Assembly (NCBI GenBank): GCA_964504365.1
Contig: CAZDDW010000001.1
Span: 132,293 to 196,292, forward strand
DNA length: 64,000 nt
Source of the DNA: an uncultured Gammaproteobacteria bacterium
GTDB taxonomy: Bacteria; Patescibacteriota; Patescibacteriia; UBA9934; CAZDDW01
Direction of reading: 5' to 3'
Shown here in pieces: positions 10,775 to 19,687 of the stretch. The position numbers were made by a program, and so were the translations under genes. The number at the start of each line of letters is the position of its first letter. The first letter of the stretch is position 1. Under the pieces are notes generated by a model. The model did no database searches, had not been told where the DNA came from, and saw only the letters and a program-made list of their open reading frames with translations.

Positions 10775-11173
10775 ATGCGCAGGACATTGATTATCTGTCT
10801 GGGAATTGGTATGGTCGCAGTCATCTGTTTGACTTTGCTGGCAATGCGTTGTGTCCACCTGAACGGACAGGTCGCACAGCTGCAGGACAAGGTCGAAGTG
10901 CAGGATCTTTACCTGGAGCAGATCGTTCGCATCGTTGCTGTCGAAGGATGTGATTCGATCGATCGTTCTTACAAGCAGCACAACTGGTGCGGTGATCTGA
11001 TCGTCTGGAACGAAGGCGATGACACCCGCATCACCCTGACTCGACGGGCTGACAATCGCGGTTACTACATGAACTTGCACTGGAACAATTACCCGATCAT
11101 CAACGACGCCAACGGCAGTCAGCACATCACTGGCGAAGCACACGACTACTCGCTCAAGCACGTGGACGAGTGA
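10775..11173 (+). CDS. Orphan membrane-anchored protein, GCD-x9-NWCG family copy 2
   Basis: TTGACG at 10709, SD GGAG, same architecture as 10200-10649, terminator about 11184-11210. Confidence 0.75.
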   Translation: MRRTLIICLGIGMVAVICLTLLAMRCVHLNGQVAQLQDKVEVQDLYLEQIVRIVAVEGCDSIDRSYKQHNWCGDLIVWNEGDDTRITLTRRADNRGYYMNLHWNNYPIINDANGSQHITGEAHDYSLKHVDE

Positions 11174-11273
11174 CAAACTTCTACTGGGGAACACGTCCCC
11201 AGCTTTTTTATTCCACAGTGCACAAATAAGCATATTTATGGTATTATATTAGAGATATAATAAGGAGGAATAT

Positions 11274-12656
11274 ATGACGCCAACAGCTAAAAAATCGACG
11301 TCAAAAAAGAAGCCTGCTGCTAAACAGCCACCAAAGAGGAAAACTCCGGCTAAGAAAAAAGCACCAGCCAAAAAGGTTGCTCCGAAAAAGAAGCCTGCGC
11401 CAAAGAAAAAAACACAGGCTGCAAAGGATGCAGAGATTCTTGAGGTATTGGAGGAGATTTATGAAGAGCCGGAAGAGGAACCAAAGAACAAAAAAACCAA
11501 AAAACTAAAGAACAAGGCACCGGTTTCACCATCAATGAAGATGTATCGCAGGATTGCTATTGGGTTTATCGCTGTGACTTTGTTTTTGTTAGCCACGGTA
11601 ATTATTTTGTCGACCATTCGGGCCACGGTTACTGTTTATTCGTCGGTCACAACAATGAACACAGAATTTATTGCAGATGTGGTTGCTGAAACACAAATGG
11701 AAGGTGAGATTCCAGGGCGAGTGATTGATACAACGATTGATGAGACACGAGAGTTTGTTGTTGATGAAGAAGGGGCAAGCGCGGTTCCAGCCAAAGCCGG
11801 AGGCTTGGTAACCATTTATAATACTTCGAATCGATCTCAACCATTGGTCGCTACAACACGACTTATGACCCCGGACGGGATTTTGTTTCGTATCGATTCT
11901 GGTGTGACTGTACCAGCCCAAGGAACTGTAGAAACTATGGCTCATGCTGATGAAGAGGGTGCGGCTGGTGAGATTGAACCAACAACGTTTAGTATTCCAG
12001 GTTTGAACTCGACTAGGCAAAAGGAAGTTTACGCCGAGAGCTTTGAGCCAATGACTGGTGGGGTTGAGTATCACAAGATTGTTACAGAAGAAGATTTGCA
12101 AGCGGCACGTAATCAGTTAAGTATGGATTTGTTGGCCGTGGCTGAGGAAGATTTACGAGCCGAGGTTCCAGACACTTATACAGGTGAAACATTTTTTGAA
12201 GAGGTCATTGGTGAAGTGGTTAGTGTTAGCGCTGGAGATGAGGCTGATAGTTATAGTATTTCAATGAGTGTGCATGTGATCGGAGTATTTTATGACCAAG
12301 CTCCGTTGTTAACTATTGCTGAAGCTAAATTATACGAAGGTTTGGAAAAGGGTTATCAGTTGTTCATGGTTGATCGAGAGGGTATGGCGGTTGAGGTTGA
12401 ACGGTATGATTTGGAGCATGAGATTGCCAATGTGCGCGTCGTTCTTGAAGGGCTCACAATGGTTTCGCCAACTAACGCGTTGCTTGATAAAACAAATTTG
12501 GTTGGATTACCAGCACAAGATTTAAAGGACATGCTGATCGATGCTGGAATAGCGGTTGGGGTTGATGTTGAGTTTTTCCCATTCTGGATACGAAAAGTAC
12601 CTAAGCTGCGTGATCACGTTGAGATCAAGATTCAAACACCTGATCCAGCACTATAG
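11274..12656 (+). CDS. Membrane-anchored protein with Lys/Ala/Pro-rich N-terminus and baseplate J-like region (common in CPR)
   Basis: KAGGLVTIYN...LVATTRL...F.IPGL...MTGG pattern; single TM helix. Confidence 0.7.
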   Translation: MTPTAKKSTSKKKPAAKQPPKRKTPAKKKAPAKKVAPKKKPAPKKKTQAAKDAEILEVLEEIYEEPEEEPKNKKTKKLKNKAPVSPSMKMYRRIAIGFIAVTLFLLATVIILSTIRATVTVYSSVTTMNTEFIADVVAETQMEGEIPGRVIDTTIDETREFVVDEEGASAVPAKAGGLVTIYNTSNRSQPLVATTRLMTPDGILFRIDSGVTVPAQGTVETMAHADEEGAAGEIEPTTFSIPGLNSTRQKEVYAESFEPMTGGVEYHKIVTEEDLQAARNQLSMDLLAVAEEDLRAEVPDTYTGETFFEEVIGEVVSVSAGDEADSYSISMSVHVIGVFYDQAPLLTIAEAKLYEGLEKGYQLFMVDREGMAVEVERYDLEHEIANVRVVLEGLTMVSPTNALLDKTNLVGLPAQDLKDMLIDAGIAVGVDVEFFPFWIRKVPKLRDHVEIKIQTPDPAL

Positions 12657-12720
12657 GGGACATAAATTTTATGCAGGGGCGGACTCACATGTCCGCCTTT
12701 TTGATTTGACCGGCCTGTGC

Positions 12721-12748
12721 TTGACATGGGTCTGATACGTGATATCAT
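12721..12748 (+). promoter_or_regulatory. Sigma70 promoter for the thrS leader
   Basis: TTGACA-16 nt-TATCAT immediately upstream of T-box stem I. Confidence 0.65.
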
Positions 12749-12758
12749 ATTTGTACCT

Positions 12759-13155
12759 GCAGTGACAGGGAACACGTCTGTTTGAGACGAACTTATAGAG
12801 ACTTTGAACCATGGCTGAGAGTTCAGAGAGTGACGTCAAACAAGATACCACCCCTGGGGGCACTGCTACACAATACCGTATTTGGTCTAAATCCCAGAAA
12901 TTCGGTCTATTCCTTCAAAAATTTTTTCGTCAATGCTACGGCATTGCCTTAAAAATTGTTTGAATGAATATCCTCGAATTTCAGGTGTTTATCCTCAAAA
13001 GAGTATTGTGGAGCAGCGCCAAGAGCAGCGTTTGGTCGAGCGTGATCGGCTGTAAGTAAGAGGTTCGCTTTGGAGACAACTAGGCGAACAATTCGGGTGG
13101 AACCGTCGAGCTTAGCTCGATCCCGAAACTTCACCAATGAGTGAAGTTTTTTGTT
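12759..13155 (+). promoter_or_regulatory. T-box riboswitch (Thr, specifier ACC)
   Basis: Stem I GCAGTG(12759)...CACTGC(12866) with AGAGA bulge and GCTGAGA loop, ACC at 12847-12849; T-box AATTCGGGTGGAACCGTCG at 13090-13108; terminator AAACTTCAC/GTGAAGTTT plus T run; upstream of thrS. Confidence 0.88.
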
Positions 13156-13169
13156 TAATAACAGAACCT

Positions 13170-14945
13170 ATGTCTAAAGATGAGAATAATAAATTAGAAG
13201 CCATGCGTCATTCCTGTGAGCATGTGCTAACTATGGCCATGTTGCGTTTGTGGCCGGGAAAAGTAAAGGCAGCCATGGGACCGGCCACAGAGGAAGGTTT
13301 TTATTTTGATTTTGACTCAGATGAAAAAATTTCTGAGGATGATTTTGAAACAATTGAAAAAGAAATGGCCAAAATAATAAAAGAGGATTTGCCAATTATT
13401 AAAGATGAGATGACTGTGCAAGAGGCTCGAGATTTTTTTAATAGCAATACTTATAAAGGAAATGAATATAAACACGAGTGGATTGATGATATCGAGGCTC
13501 GTGGTGACAAGGTTGCGGTTTATTGGATGGGAGAAAAGGGTAAGGACATCCCCGAGACTTTTGTGGACATTTGTTCTGGTCCACACGTGGATTCAACCGG
13601 GCAGATCGGACCATTCAAGTTATTAAACATTGCGGGGGCCTATTGGCATGGTGATGAAAAAAACAAAATGTTAACCCGTATTTATGGTACAACTTTTGAG
13701 ACCCAACAGGAACTAGATGAATATTTGAAGATGTTAGAGGAGGCCAGGAAACGCGATCACCGTAAGATCGGTAAGGAATTGGACCTGTTTTGTTTTTCTG
13801 ATTTAGTTGGTCCAGGTTTACCCCTGTTTACCCCAAAAGGAACCGCAGTTCGTAATGCTATTGCTGATTTATTGAATCGCCTAAAAGAAGAAAAGGGATA
13901 TGAACAGGTTGATATTCCACATTTGGCTAAATGTGATTTGTATAAAACATCAGGGCATTGGGACAAGTTTAAAGATGATATCTTTCATGTAAAAGGTAAG
14001 TCTGAAGAGTTTGTCTTGAAACCAATGAACTGTCCACATCATACTCAGATCTATGCTTGCCAGCCGCGTAGCTATCGAGATTTGCCATTAAGATACGCTG
14101 AGATCACTAAGCAGTATCGTGATGAGCAAACCGGAGAACTGCACGGTCTTTCACGTGTCCGCTCGATCAGTATTGATGATACTCATGTCTTTTGTCGCCC
14201 AGATCAAATACTTGAAGAAGCCAAAGGTGCTTACGATATTATTTTTTCGTTTTACAAGGTATTTGGCATGGAATTGGAAGTCCACTTGTCAGTTCGTGAC
14301 TCAAAAGATCATTCAAAGTATCTTGGAACTGATGAGATTTGGGACAAAGCTGAAGAGAATTTAAAACAGTTATTAAAGCAAGAAAAATGTGAGTATGAAT
14401 TGGATGAGGGGGAAGCGGCTTTTTACGGTCCAAAACTTGATTTCGTTGGACGAGATTCGATTGGACGAACTTGGCAGCTAGCAACGATTCAGTTAGATTT
14501 CAACATGCCAGATCGTTTTGGTCTTGAGTATGCTGATGCAGAAGGTGGTCAGGCCCAGCCTGTAATGTTGCATATAGCGATTGCTGGATCATTGGAACGG
14601 TTTTTGTCAGTTATCCTGGAACATTTTGCAGGGGTGCTCCCGCTGTGGTTGGCGCCAGTGCAGTTGCGATTAATCAGCGTCGGAGAGGGTCATGTTGGGT
14701 TTGCTAATGAGTTGGCTGGCGAGCTGAAAGTAGCTGGTGTTCGAGCCGAGGTTGATTCAAGTGACGAAACAGTGGGGAATAAGATTCGCAAGAGTGCTAA
14801 GGACAAGATACCGTGGACAATCGTTCTTGGTGATAAAGAAGTCTCTGGTGAACCGTTTAAGATACGGGTGTTTGGACAAGAAGATGAATTAGTTCTGAAA
14901 CGGGATGAGCTGGCAGATAAGATAAAAGAACAAGAGGTGGTTTGA
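13170..14945 (+). CDS. thrS: Threonine--tRNA ligase
   Basis: MRHSCEH, DICSGPHV, RDHRKIG, KPMNCP, GEAAFYGPK; start moved to ATG 13170, after the T-box terminator. Confidence 0.96.
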   Translation: MSKDENNKLEAMRHSCEHVLTMAMLRLWPGKVKAAMGPATEEGFYFDFDSDEKISEDDFETIEKEMAKIIKEDLPIIKDEMTVQEARDFFNSNTYKGNEYKHEWIDDIEARGDKVAVYWMGEKGKDIPETFVDICSGPHVDSTGQIGPFKLLNIAGAYWHGDEKNKMLTRIYGTTFETQQELDEYLKMLEEARKRDHRKIGKELDLFCFSDLVGPGLPLFTPKGTAVRNAIADLLNRLKEEKGYEQVDIPHLAKCDLYKTSGHWDKFKDDIFHVKGKSEEFVLKPMNCPHHTQIYACQPRSYRDLPLRYAEITKQYRDEQTGELHGLSRVRSISIDDTHVFCRPDQILEEAKGAYDIIFSFYKVFGMELEVHLSVRDSKDHSKYLGTDEIWDKAEENLKQLLKQEKCEYELDEGEAAFYGPKLDFVGRDSIGRTWQLATIQLDFNMPDRFGLEYADAEGGQAQPVMLHIAIAGSLERFLSVILEHFAGVLPLWLAPVQLRLISVGEGHVGFANELAGELKVAGVRAEVDSSDETVGNKIRKSAKDKIPWTIVLGDKEVSGEPFKIRVFGQEDELVLKRDELADKIKEQEVV

Positions 14946-14947
14946 TT

Positions 14948-16291
14948 ATGACCAAAGGAAAGTTTCACATTATCACTTTTGGCTGCCAGATGAATAAGAA
15001 CGATTCTGAGCGAATTGCTGGGTTGCTTGAGCAAGTTGGTATGGTCTCGACTGATCAGGTTGAGGAGGCTGATTTGGTGCTCCTGAACAGCTGTAGTGTG
15101 CGCCAGACAGCTGAAGATCGGATTTTTGGTAGAGTTAAGCAGTTGGCCAAGTTGCGTCGCAAGCGACCAAATTTGATTATTGGTGTGACTGGCTGCATGG
15201 CTGGGCGAGACAAGGACGGTTCACTAAAACGCAAGTTGCCTGACGTTGATTTATTTTTTCCAACCATCGAGGCGACACAGTTGCCACGTTGGGTTGCTGA
15301 GTTGAATCCAGACCTTATTCATGATCCAGAGTGTGACAATGAGTTTTTTGATATCCAGCCGATTCACAACTCTGACTTTCAGGCTTTTGTTCCGATTCAG
15401 ACTGGGTGCAACAATTTTTGTTCTTACTGTGTTGTGCCGTATGCGCGTGGGCTGCAGAAGAATCGTCCAGCAAAGCAGATCTTAGATGAGGTACGCAAGT
15501 TGGCTGAGAAGGGGTGTGTAGAAATTAGTTTGCTTGGGCAGGCAGTGAATACGTTTGAAGCTTCAGATTCGGAAGTGTTTAGCAAAGACAATCCGTATAA
15601 AGATCACTTTGCAGCTTTGCTTTGGGAAATCAACCAGATCGATGGGGTAGAGCGAATTTTTTATACTGCACCGTATCCAAAGGATATGACTGATGATGTT
15701 ATTGATGCGCTAGCTCTTCCGAAAATGTTTAACTACCTTCATATCCCAGTTCAGTCAGGTGACAATGAGGTGTTGCGTCGGATGAATCGCAAGTACGATC
15801 GTGAAGAGTATTTAGAAATTATCGATCGGATCAAGAAGCGGGTTCCTGAGATTGCTTTGGGAACAGACATTATCGTTGGTTTTTGCGGTGAGACTGAAGA
15901 GGAGTTTCAGAATACAGTGGATTTGTATCGCCAAGTGGAGTTTGATATTTCATACACGGCCATGTATTCAACCAGATCTGGGACTGTGGCTGCGAAGAAG
16001 TTTAAGGACAATGTCTCACGGGAAGAAAAAAAGCGCCGTTGGCGCATTTTGCATGAGCTGATGGAAGAGATTGTTTTGAAGAAGAATCAGAAGTTTGTTG
16101 GGCAAAAGGTTTCAGTCTTAGTTGAAAAATGTGAGCATGGTGTTTGTACAGGGAATTCACGAGAAATGAAAGTAGTTCAGTTTAAGGGTGATTCGAAGTT
16201 TGTTGGGCAGATTGTAGAAGTCGAAATTGAGCGAGCACAGGAATGGGTGCTGTTTGGTAAAGAAAATCCCTCGCCGCTCCTGCGGAGCTAA
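14948..16291 (+). CDS. miaB: tRNA 2-methylthio-N6-isopentenyladenosine synthase MiaB
   Basis: TFGCQMN, NSCSVR, radical SAM CNNFCSYC, TRAM domain. Confidence 0.95.
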   Translation: MTKGKFHIITFGCQMNKNDSERIAGLLEQVGMVSTDQVEEADLVLLNSCSVRQTAEDRIFGRVKQLAKLRRKRPNLIIGVTGCMAGRDKDGSLKRKLPDVDLFFPTIEATQLPRWVAELNPDLIHDPECDNEFFDIQPIHNSDFQAFVPIQTGCNNFCSYCVVPYARGLQKNRPAKQILDEVRKLAEKGCVEISLLGQAVNTFEASDSEVFSKDNPYKDHFAALLWEINQIDGVERIFYTAPYPKDMTDDVIDALALPKMFNYLHIPVQSGDNEVLRRMNRKYDREEYLEIIDRIKKRVPEIALGTDIIVGFCGETEEEFQNTVDLYRQVEFDISYTAMYSTRSGTVAAKKFKDNVSREEKKRRWRILHELMEEIVLKKNQKFVGQKVSVLVEKCEHGVCTGNSREMKVVQFKGDSKFVGQIVEVEIERAQEWVLFGKENPSPLLRS

Positions 16292-16310
16292 GAGGGACAG
16301 GTCCGACCGG

Positions 16311-17078
16311 TTAGTCCGGTCGGTGGAGCTCGGAGCGCATCATCCGGAAGCCAGTGTGAGTGGCTGTGTCTAGTCGGTAGGAGCGAGTGACATGAAGTCG
16401 CTCGCTAACGCTGGAAACGGGCCGTCTTGAGCCTTGACGACGACGGGAATGGTCGCTGTGTGCGTTGCGCATATGGTCCTCGACCACACGAGCACGCCAG
16501 GCCGTGGCCACACGCATGCAGGTTTCCATGTCGATATCGTCTTCGCGGTACATCAGTTCTGCCAACGGACCACCGTTGTGCAGATTGGTGATCAGCCACT
16601 CGAAGCAGGCTGGGTCGTGCAGATAGCGGCGATTGCGTTCTTCGAGAATGATCCCGATTGCTTCAGCAATCTCTGGGTGTATCTGCTTGCGACGGAAGGT
16701 GCCTTCCTTGAAGCGATAGCTCAGGCGATCCATCTTGATACGGATTGCCCGCATCACTCGCTTGTGGTGAGTATCCTGAACTCGCTGTCGAAGACCAAGC
16801 ATGGTAGCTTCGACTTGCGAGTCACGCGGCGTGTGGATGTTCAGCCAGTCGCTGTGGCGGTATTTCCGCCGCAGATCACCGGAGCGCCCTCGTTTTGACA
16901 CCCACAGGGTGCGTACGGTTCGCTCTTCTGTCAGCGGTAGTTTGCCCAGCGTCTGAGCCAGGGCAGCTGGATCTGCTTCTCGGACAAAGTCCAGGGAAAG
17001 AACTGGGAAGGTTTGTTCCGCGACCCGCACCTCGTGGCGCGGACCGAGATCGGCCAGTGCCTCGATTGCGGGACTCAT
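16311..17078 (-). CDS. Orphan Arg-rich hypothetical protein
   Basis: SD AAGGAGGT before ATG 17078; GC-rich; inserted in opposite orientation between miaB and miaA. Confidence 0.65.
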   Translation of the reverse strand: MSPAIEALADLGPRHEVRVAEQTFPVLSLDFVREADPAALAQTLGKLPLTEERTVRTLWVSKRGRSGDLRRKYRHSDWLNIHTPRDSQVEATMLGLRQRVQDTHHKRVMRAIRIKMDRLSYRFKEGTFRRKQIHPEIAEAIGIILEERNRRYLHDPACFEWLITNLHNGGPLAELMYREDDIDMETCMRVATAWRARVVEDHMRNAHSDHSRRRQGSRRPVSSVSERLHVTRSYRLDTATHTGFRMMRSELHRPD

Positions 17079-17153
17079 CACTACCTCCTTGATTTGCATC
17101 TTATCGGTTCCACGCCAGCAAGGGAAGTGGATAACTAGGAATTTTTTAAAACT

Positions 17154-18122
17154 ATGAAACCAAAAGTAATTGTCATTCTTGGTCCGACTGCGTCGGGCAA
17201 GACTTCCTTGAGTATCAAACTTGCTCAAGAGTTTTCTGGTGAAGTGATCAGTGTTGATTCACGACAGATTTATCGGGACATGAACATCGGAACCGCAAAG
17301 GAGCCCCAAGACCAGACAACCAGACAACCAGACAACCAGACAGCTGGCGAGTATCTGATCCAAGGCATCCCACATCACGGAATCGATATCCGGAATCCAA
17401 ATGAAGAGATGTCTGCAGCTGAGTTCAAGGAGTATGCAGAACAGAAAATCAAGGAAATTGTGGATCGTGGGAAAGTGCCAATTTTGGCTGGTGGTACAGG
17501 ATTTTGGATCCAGGCAATCATAGATAACCTTAAAATTCCGGCTGTTGCTCCTGATCCGACCCTGCGTCAAGTGCTTGATGGCAAGAGTACAGAGCAGTTA
17601 TTTGAGATGTATAAAGAAAAAGACCCTCAAGGAGCCAAGACGATTGATAAGGACAATCGGTTGCGCTTGATACGAGCCGTAGAGGTTTGTATCAAGTCTG
17701 GTCAGCCATTTTCTGAACAGCAGCAAAAAGGTGAACCAAAGTATGATGTATTGCAGATTGGGATTGATGTAGATCGCAAAGAGTTGTACAACAGAATTGA
17801 TCAACGCGTAGGTCAGATGATCGAGCAGGGTCTTGTTGAAGAGGTAAAACAGATTCGAGAAAAGTATGGTTGTGTCTCACTAGCTCTGACCGGAATCGGC
17901 TACCGTCAGATTTGCGAGTATCTGGACCAGGTTCAGGAACCCTCCTTCGCCAAGGCTTCGGAGGGTGACCTTCTCGCGCAAGCCGTGGAGAAGGTCAAAA
18001 AAGACACACGACATTATGCCAAGCGTCAGTTGAGTTGGTTTCGCCGTGATAAACGGATCAAGTGGGTCAAGGGGTATGAGGAAGCAGAGGATTTGGTTAG
18101 GCGATTCTTGAATGACCAATGA
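17154..18122 (+). CDS. miaA: tRNA dimethylallyltransferase MiaA
   Basis: GPTASGKT, SVDSRQIY, GGTGFW, YAKRQLSWF. Confidence 0.96.
   Translation: MKPKVIVILGPTASGKTSLSIKLAQEFSGEVISVDSRQIYRDMNIGTAKEPQDQTTRQPDNQTAGEYLIQGIPHHGIDIRNPNEEMSAAEFKEYAEQKIKEIVDRGKVPILAGGTGFWIQAIIDNLKIPAVAPDPTLRQVLDGKSTEQLFEMYKEKDPQGAKTIDKDNRLRLIRAVEVCIKSGQPFSEQQQKGEPKYDVLQIGIDVDRKELYNRIDQRVGQMIEQGLVEEVKQIREKYGCVSLALTGIGYRQICEYLDQVQEPSFAKASEGDLLAQAVEKVKKDTRHYAKRQLSWFRRDKRIKWVKGYEEAEDLVRRFLNDQ
17311..17342 (+). repeat. Four perfect tandem 8-bp units (ACCAGACA) inside miaA
   Basis: Direct reading of sequence. Confidence 0.9.
17940..17966. repeat. Intragenic palindrome encoding PSFAKASEG in miaA
   Basis: ACCCTCCTTCGCCAAGGCTTCGGAGGGT, arms CCCTCC/GGAGGG. 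Confidence 0.7.
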
Positions 18123-18230
18123 TCAATAACCAATGAACAAGATAATAATCAATAACCGAATAACCTAATTCGATTATTAGATTATTCTATCATTATTTCG
18201 ATCATTGGAATTTGGTTATTGGTTATTTTT
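18111..18230. repeat. Inverted array of degenerate 7-8 bp units (AATGACC/AATAACC)
   Basis: AATGACCAATGATCAATAACCAATG... then ...TTGGTTATTGGTTATT; similar element at 58453-58563. Confidence 0.7.
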
Positions 18231-18284
18231 GTATTGAAAAAGCCCCGGACCAGATGGTCCGGGGACTTGCGTTCTAGGGAAAGG

Positions 18285-18932
18285 TCAGATATCCAGGGCC
18301 CTGAGGTTGGTCTCGATCAGACGTCGGATATCGTGGTAAGTTTCCAGATCGTACTCAACCTGGAGGGCTGGGAAGAACATATCCGGACGCAGATGGTGCA
18401 GCAGCTGCTTGACGATCTGGTCCGGGGGTAGGGTCTTGTTGACCTTTTGACACCCCTCGAGTCCGAGACCAGAGTGGCCGCGGCCGAGCAGGATGTGGAA
18501 GCTGTCCAGGGCAGTGCCACTGACGTTGTTGGCCACGAAAACACGCGGCAGCTGGTGTCGCTTGCTGGGCAGATCAGCCCCATGCAGATCACAGCCAAGG
18601 ATGTGGACTGTATCGACCCTTCCATGGTAGCAGAAGCCTCTGGCCTGACTGATCCGAACATCCCCCATCAAGCAGCCAATGAACTCGGCCTCCTCGATGT
18701 CGCTCTGGCTCAGATCCATGCCCCGGAGGTCACAGGCAAAGAAGCTGCCGCTCAGCTTGACACCACGCAGATCGAATCCACGTAGATCCTGCCCACCGAA
18801 ATATTGGACCGCTGCCAACCGAGGATGGCCGCATTCCTGGCAGACCGGATCTTCGGTCCCGTCCACGAAGAGCTGCAGACGTCGGCAGCGCTCGTTCTGA
18901 CAAACCACGAACCAACTATTATACTCGCTCAA
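18285..18932 (-). CDS. Zn-ribbon plus pentapeptide-repeat protein
   Basis: CQNERC...CQEC, then QDLRG/FDLRG/CDLRG/MDLSQ pentapeptides; promoter TTGACG...TATATT near 19007-19035; terminator at 18239-18265. Confidence 0.75.
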   Translation of the reverse strand: MSEYNSWFVVCQNERCRRLQLFVDGTEDPVCQECGHPRLAAVQYFGGQDLRGFDLRGVKLSGSFFACDLRGMDLSQSDIEEAEFIGCLMGDVRISQARGFCYHGRVDTVHILGCDLHGADLPSKRHQLPRVFVANNVSGTALDSFHILLGRGHSGLGLEGCQKVNKTLPPDQIVKQLLHHLRPDMFFPALQVEYDLETYHDIRRLIETNLRALDI

Positions 18933-19073
18933 AACACCGCTCCTCTCAAAAGAGGTAAAGAACTAAGAGCAGGGGAATTCCTGCTCACCCTTGAAAACAA
19001 GAGCTTAATATAGCATAAAAATAAGGATCCGTCAACCCCTAAAGTGAGTTATTTGACTAAAAAAGCACCATTT

Positions 19074-19586
19074 TCAGGTGCTTTCGTGTGTTGAGCTTGG
19101 GAGGTGCTCGCGAAGGCGTTCGACCAGCTCGCGACAGTGATTGACAGCTGTTTCTAGCTGAGTGCTGTATGGCTGGGTTTCACGTTGACGCTCGAACTGT
19201 AGTAGGCAACATTCGAAGCTGTATAGGTACATGGCCACAGCTTCATCGTGCGAGATTGGCTCTTCCACCCGGCGTGGTTTGAGACGGGCCAAGCGCAGCG
19301 GGATTCGGACCAGTAGGCGATGGGATCGATATCGCCGCATGCGACGCTTGCTCGTCCGATGGTCTTGTAAGCTTGATTGGTGGATGTCTTGCACCGCACG
19401 CAAAACAATGGTTTCCAGTTGTTCGACTGGGAAGCGCCACTGCCCAGCAATCCGGTGTGGATTGAGCAGATCAGCTACTTCCTGTCTGGGTGTCAGAGTC
19501 GGCGGCGATGAGCTACCGAGCTCGGAATGCCCACCAGCCAGGCGCCCAGCCAATCCTCCGAGTGCAGATGTTGCGCGGAAAATCAT
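19074..19586 (-). CDS. Orphan hypothetical protein
   Basis: Promoter TTGACA-17-TAACCT, SD AGGAGAGG, ATG 19586. Confidence 0.65.
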   Translation of the reverse strand: MIFRATSALGGLAGRLAGGHSELGSSSPPTLTPRQEVADLLNPHRIAGQWRFPVEQLETIVLRAVQDIHQSSLQDHRTSKRRMRRYRSHRLLVRIPLRLARLKPRRVEEPISHDEAVAMYLYSFECCLLQFERQRETQPYSTQLETAVNHCRELVERLREHLPSSTHEST

Positions 19587-19687
19587 ATGCCTCTCCTGTT
19601 TGGGTTGAAGGATCGAGGAAGTAGGTTAGCATGGACCAGGCTTGTTGTCAACCTAAAAGACGCCCTTTCGGGCGCCCCTTTCTTTTT

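Noticed and set aside
11274-12656. Prophage, from the baseplate J-like protein
   Set aside because: No other phage structural, terminase or integrase genes; it sits in housekeeping context.
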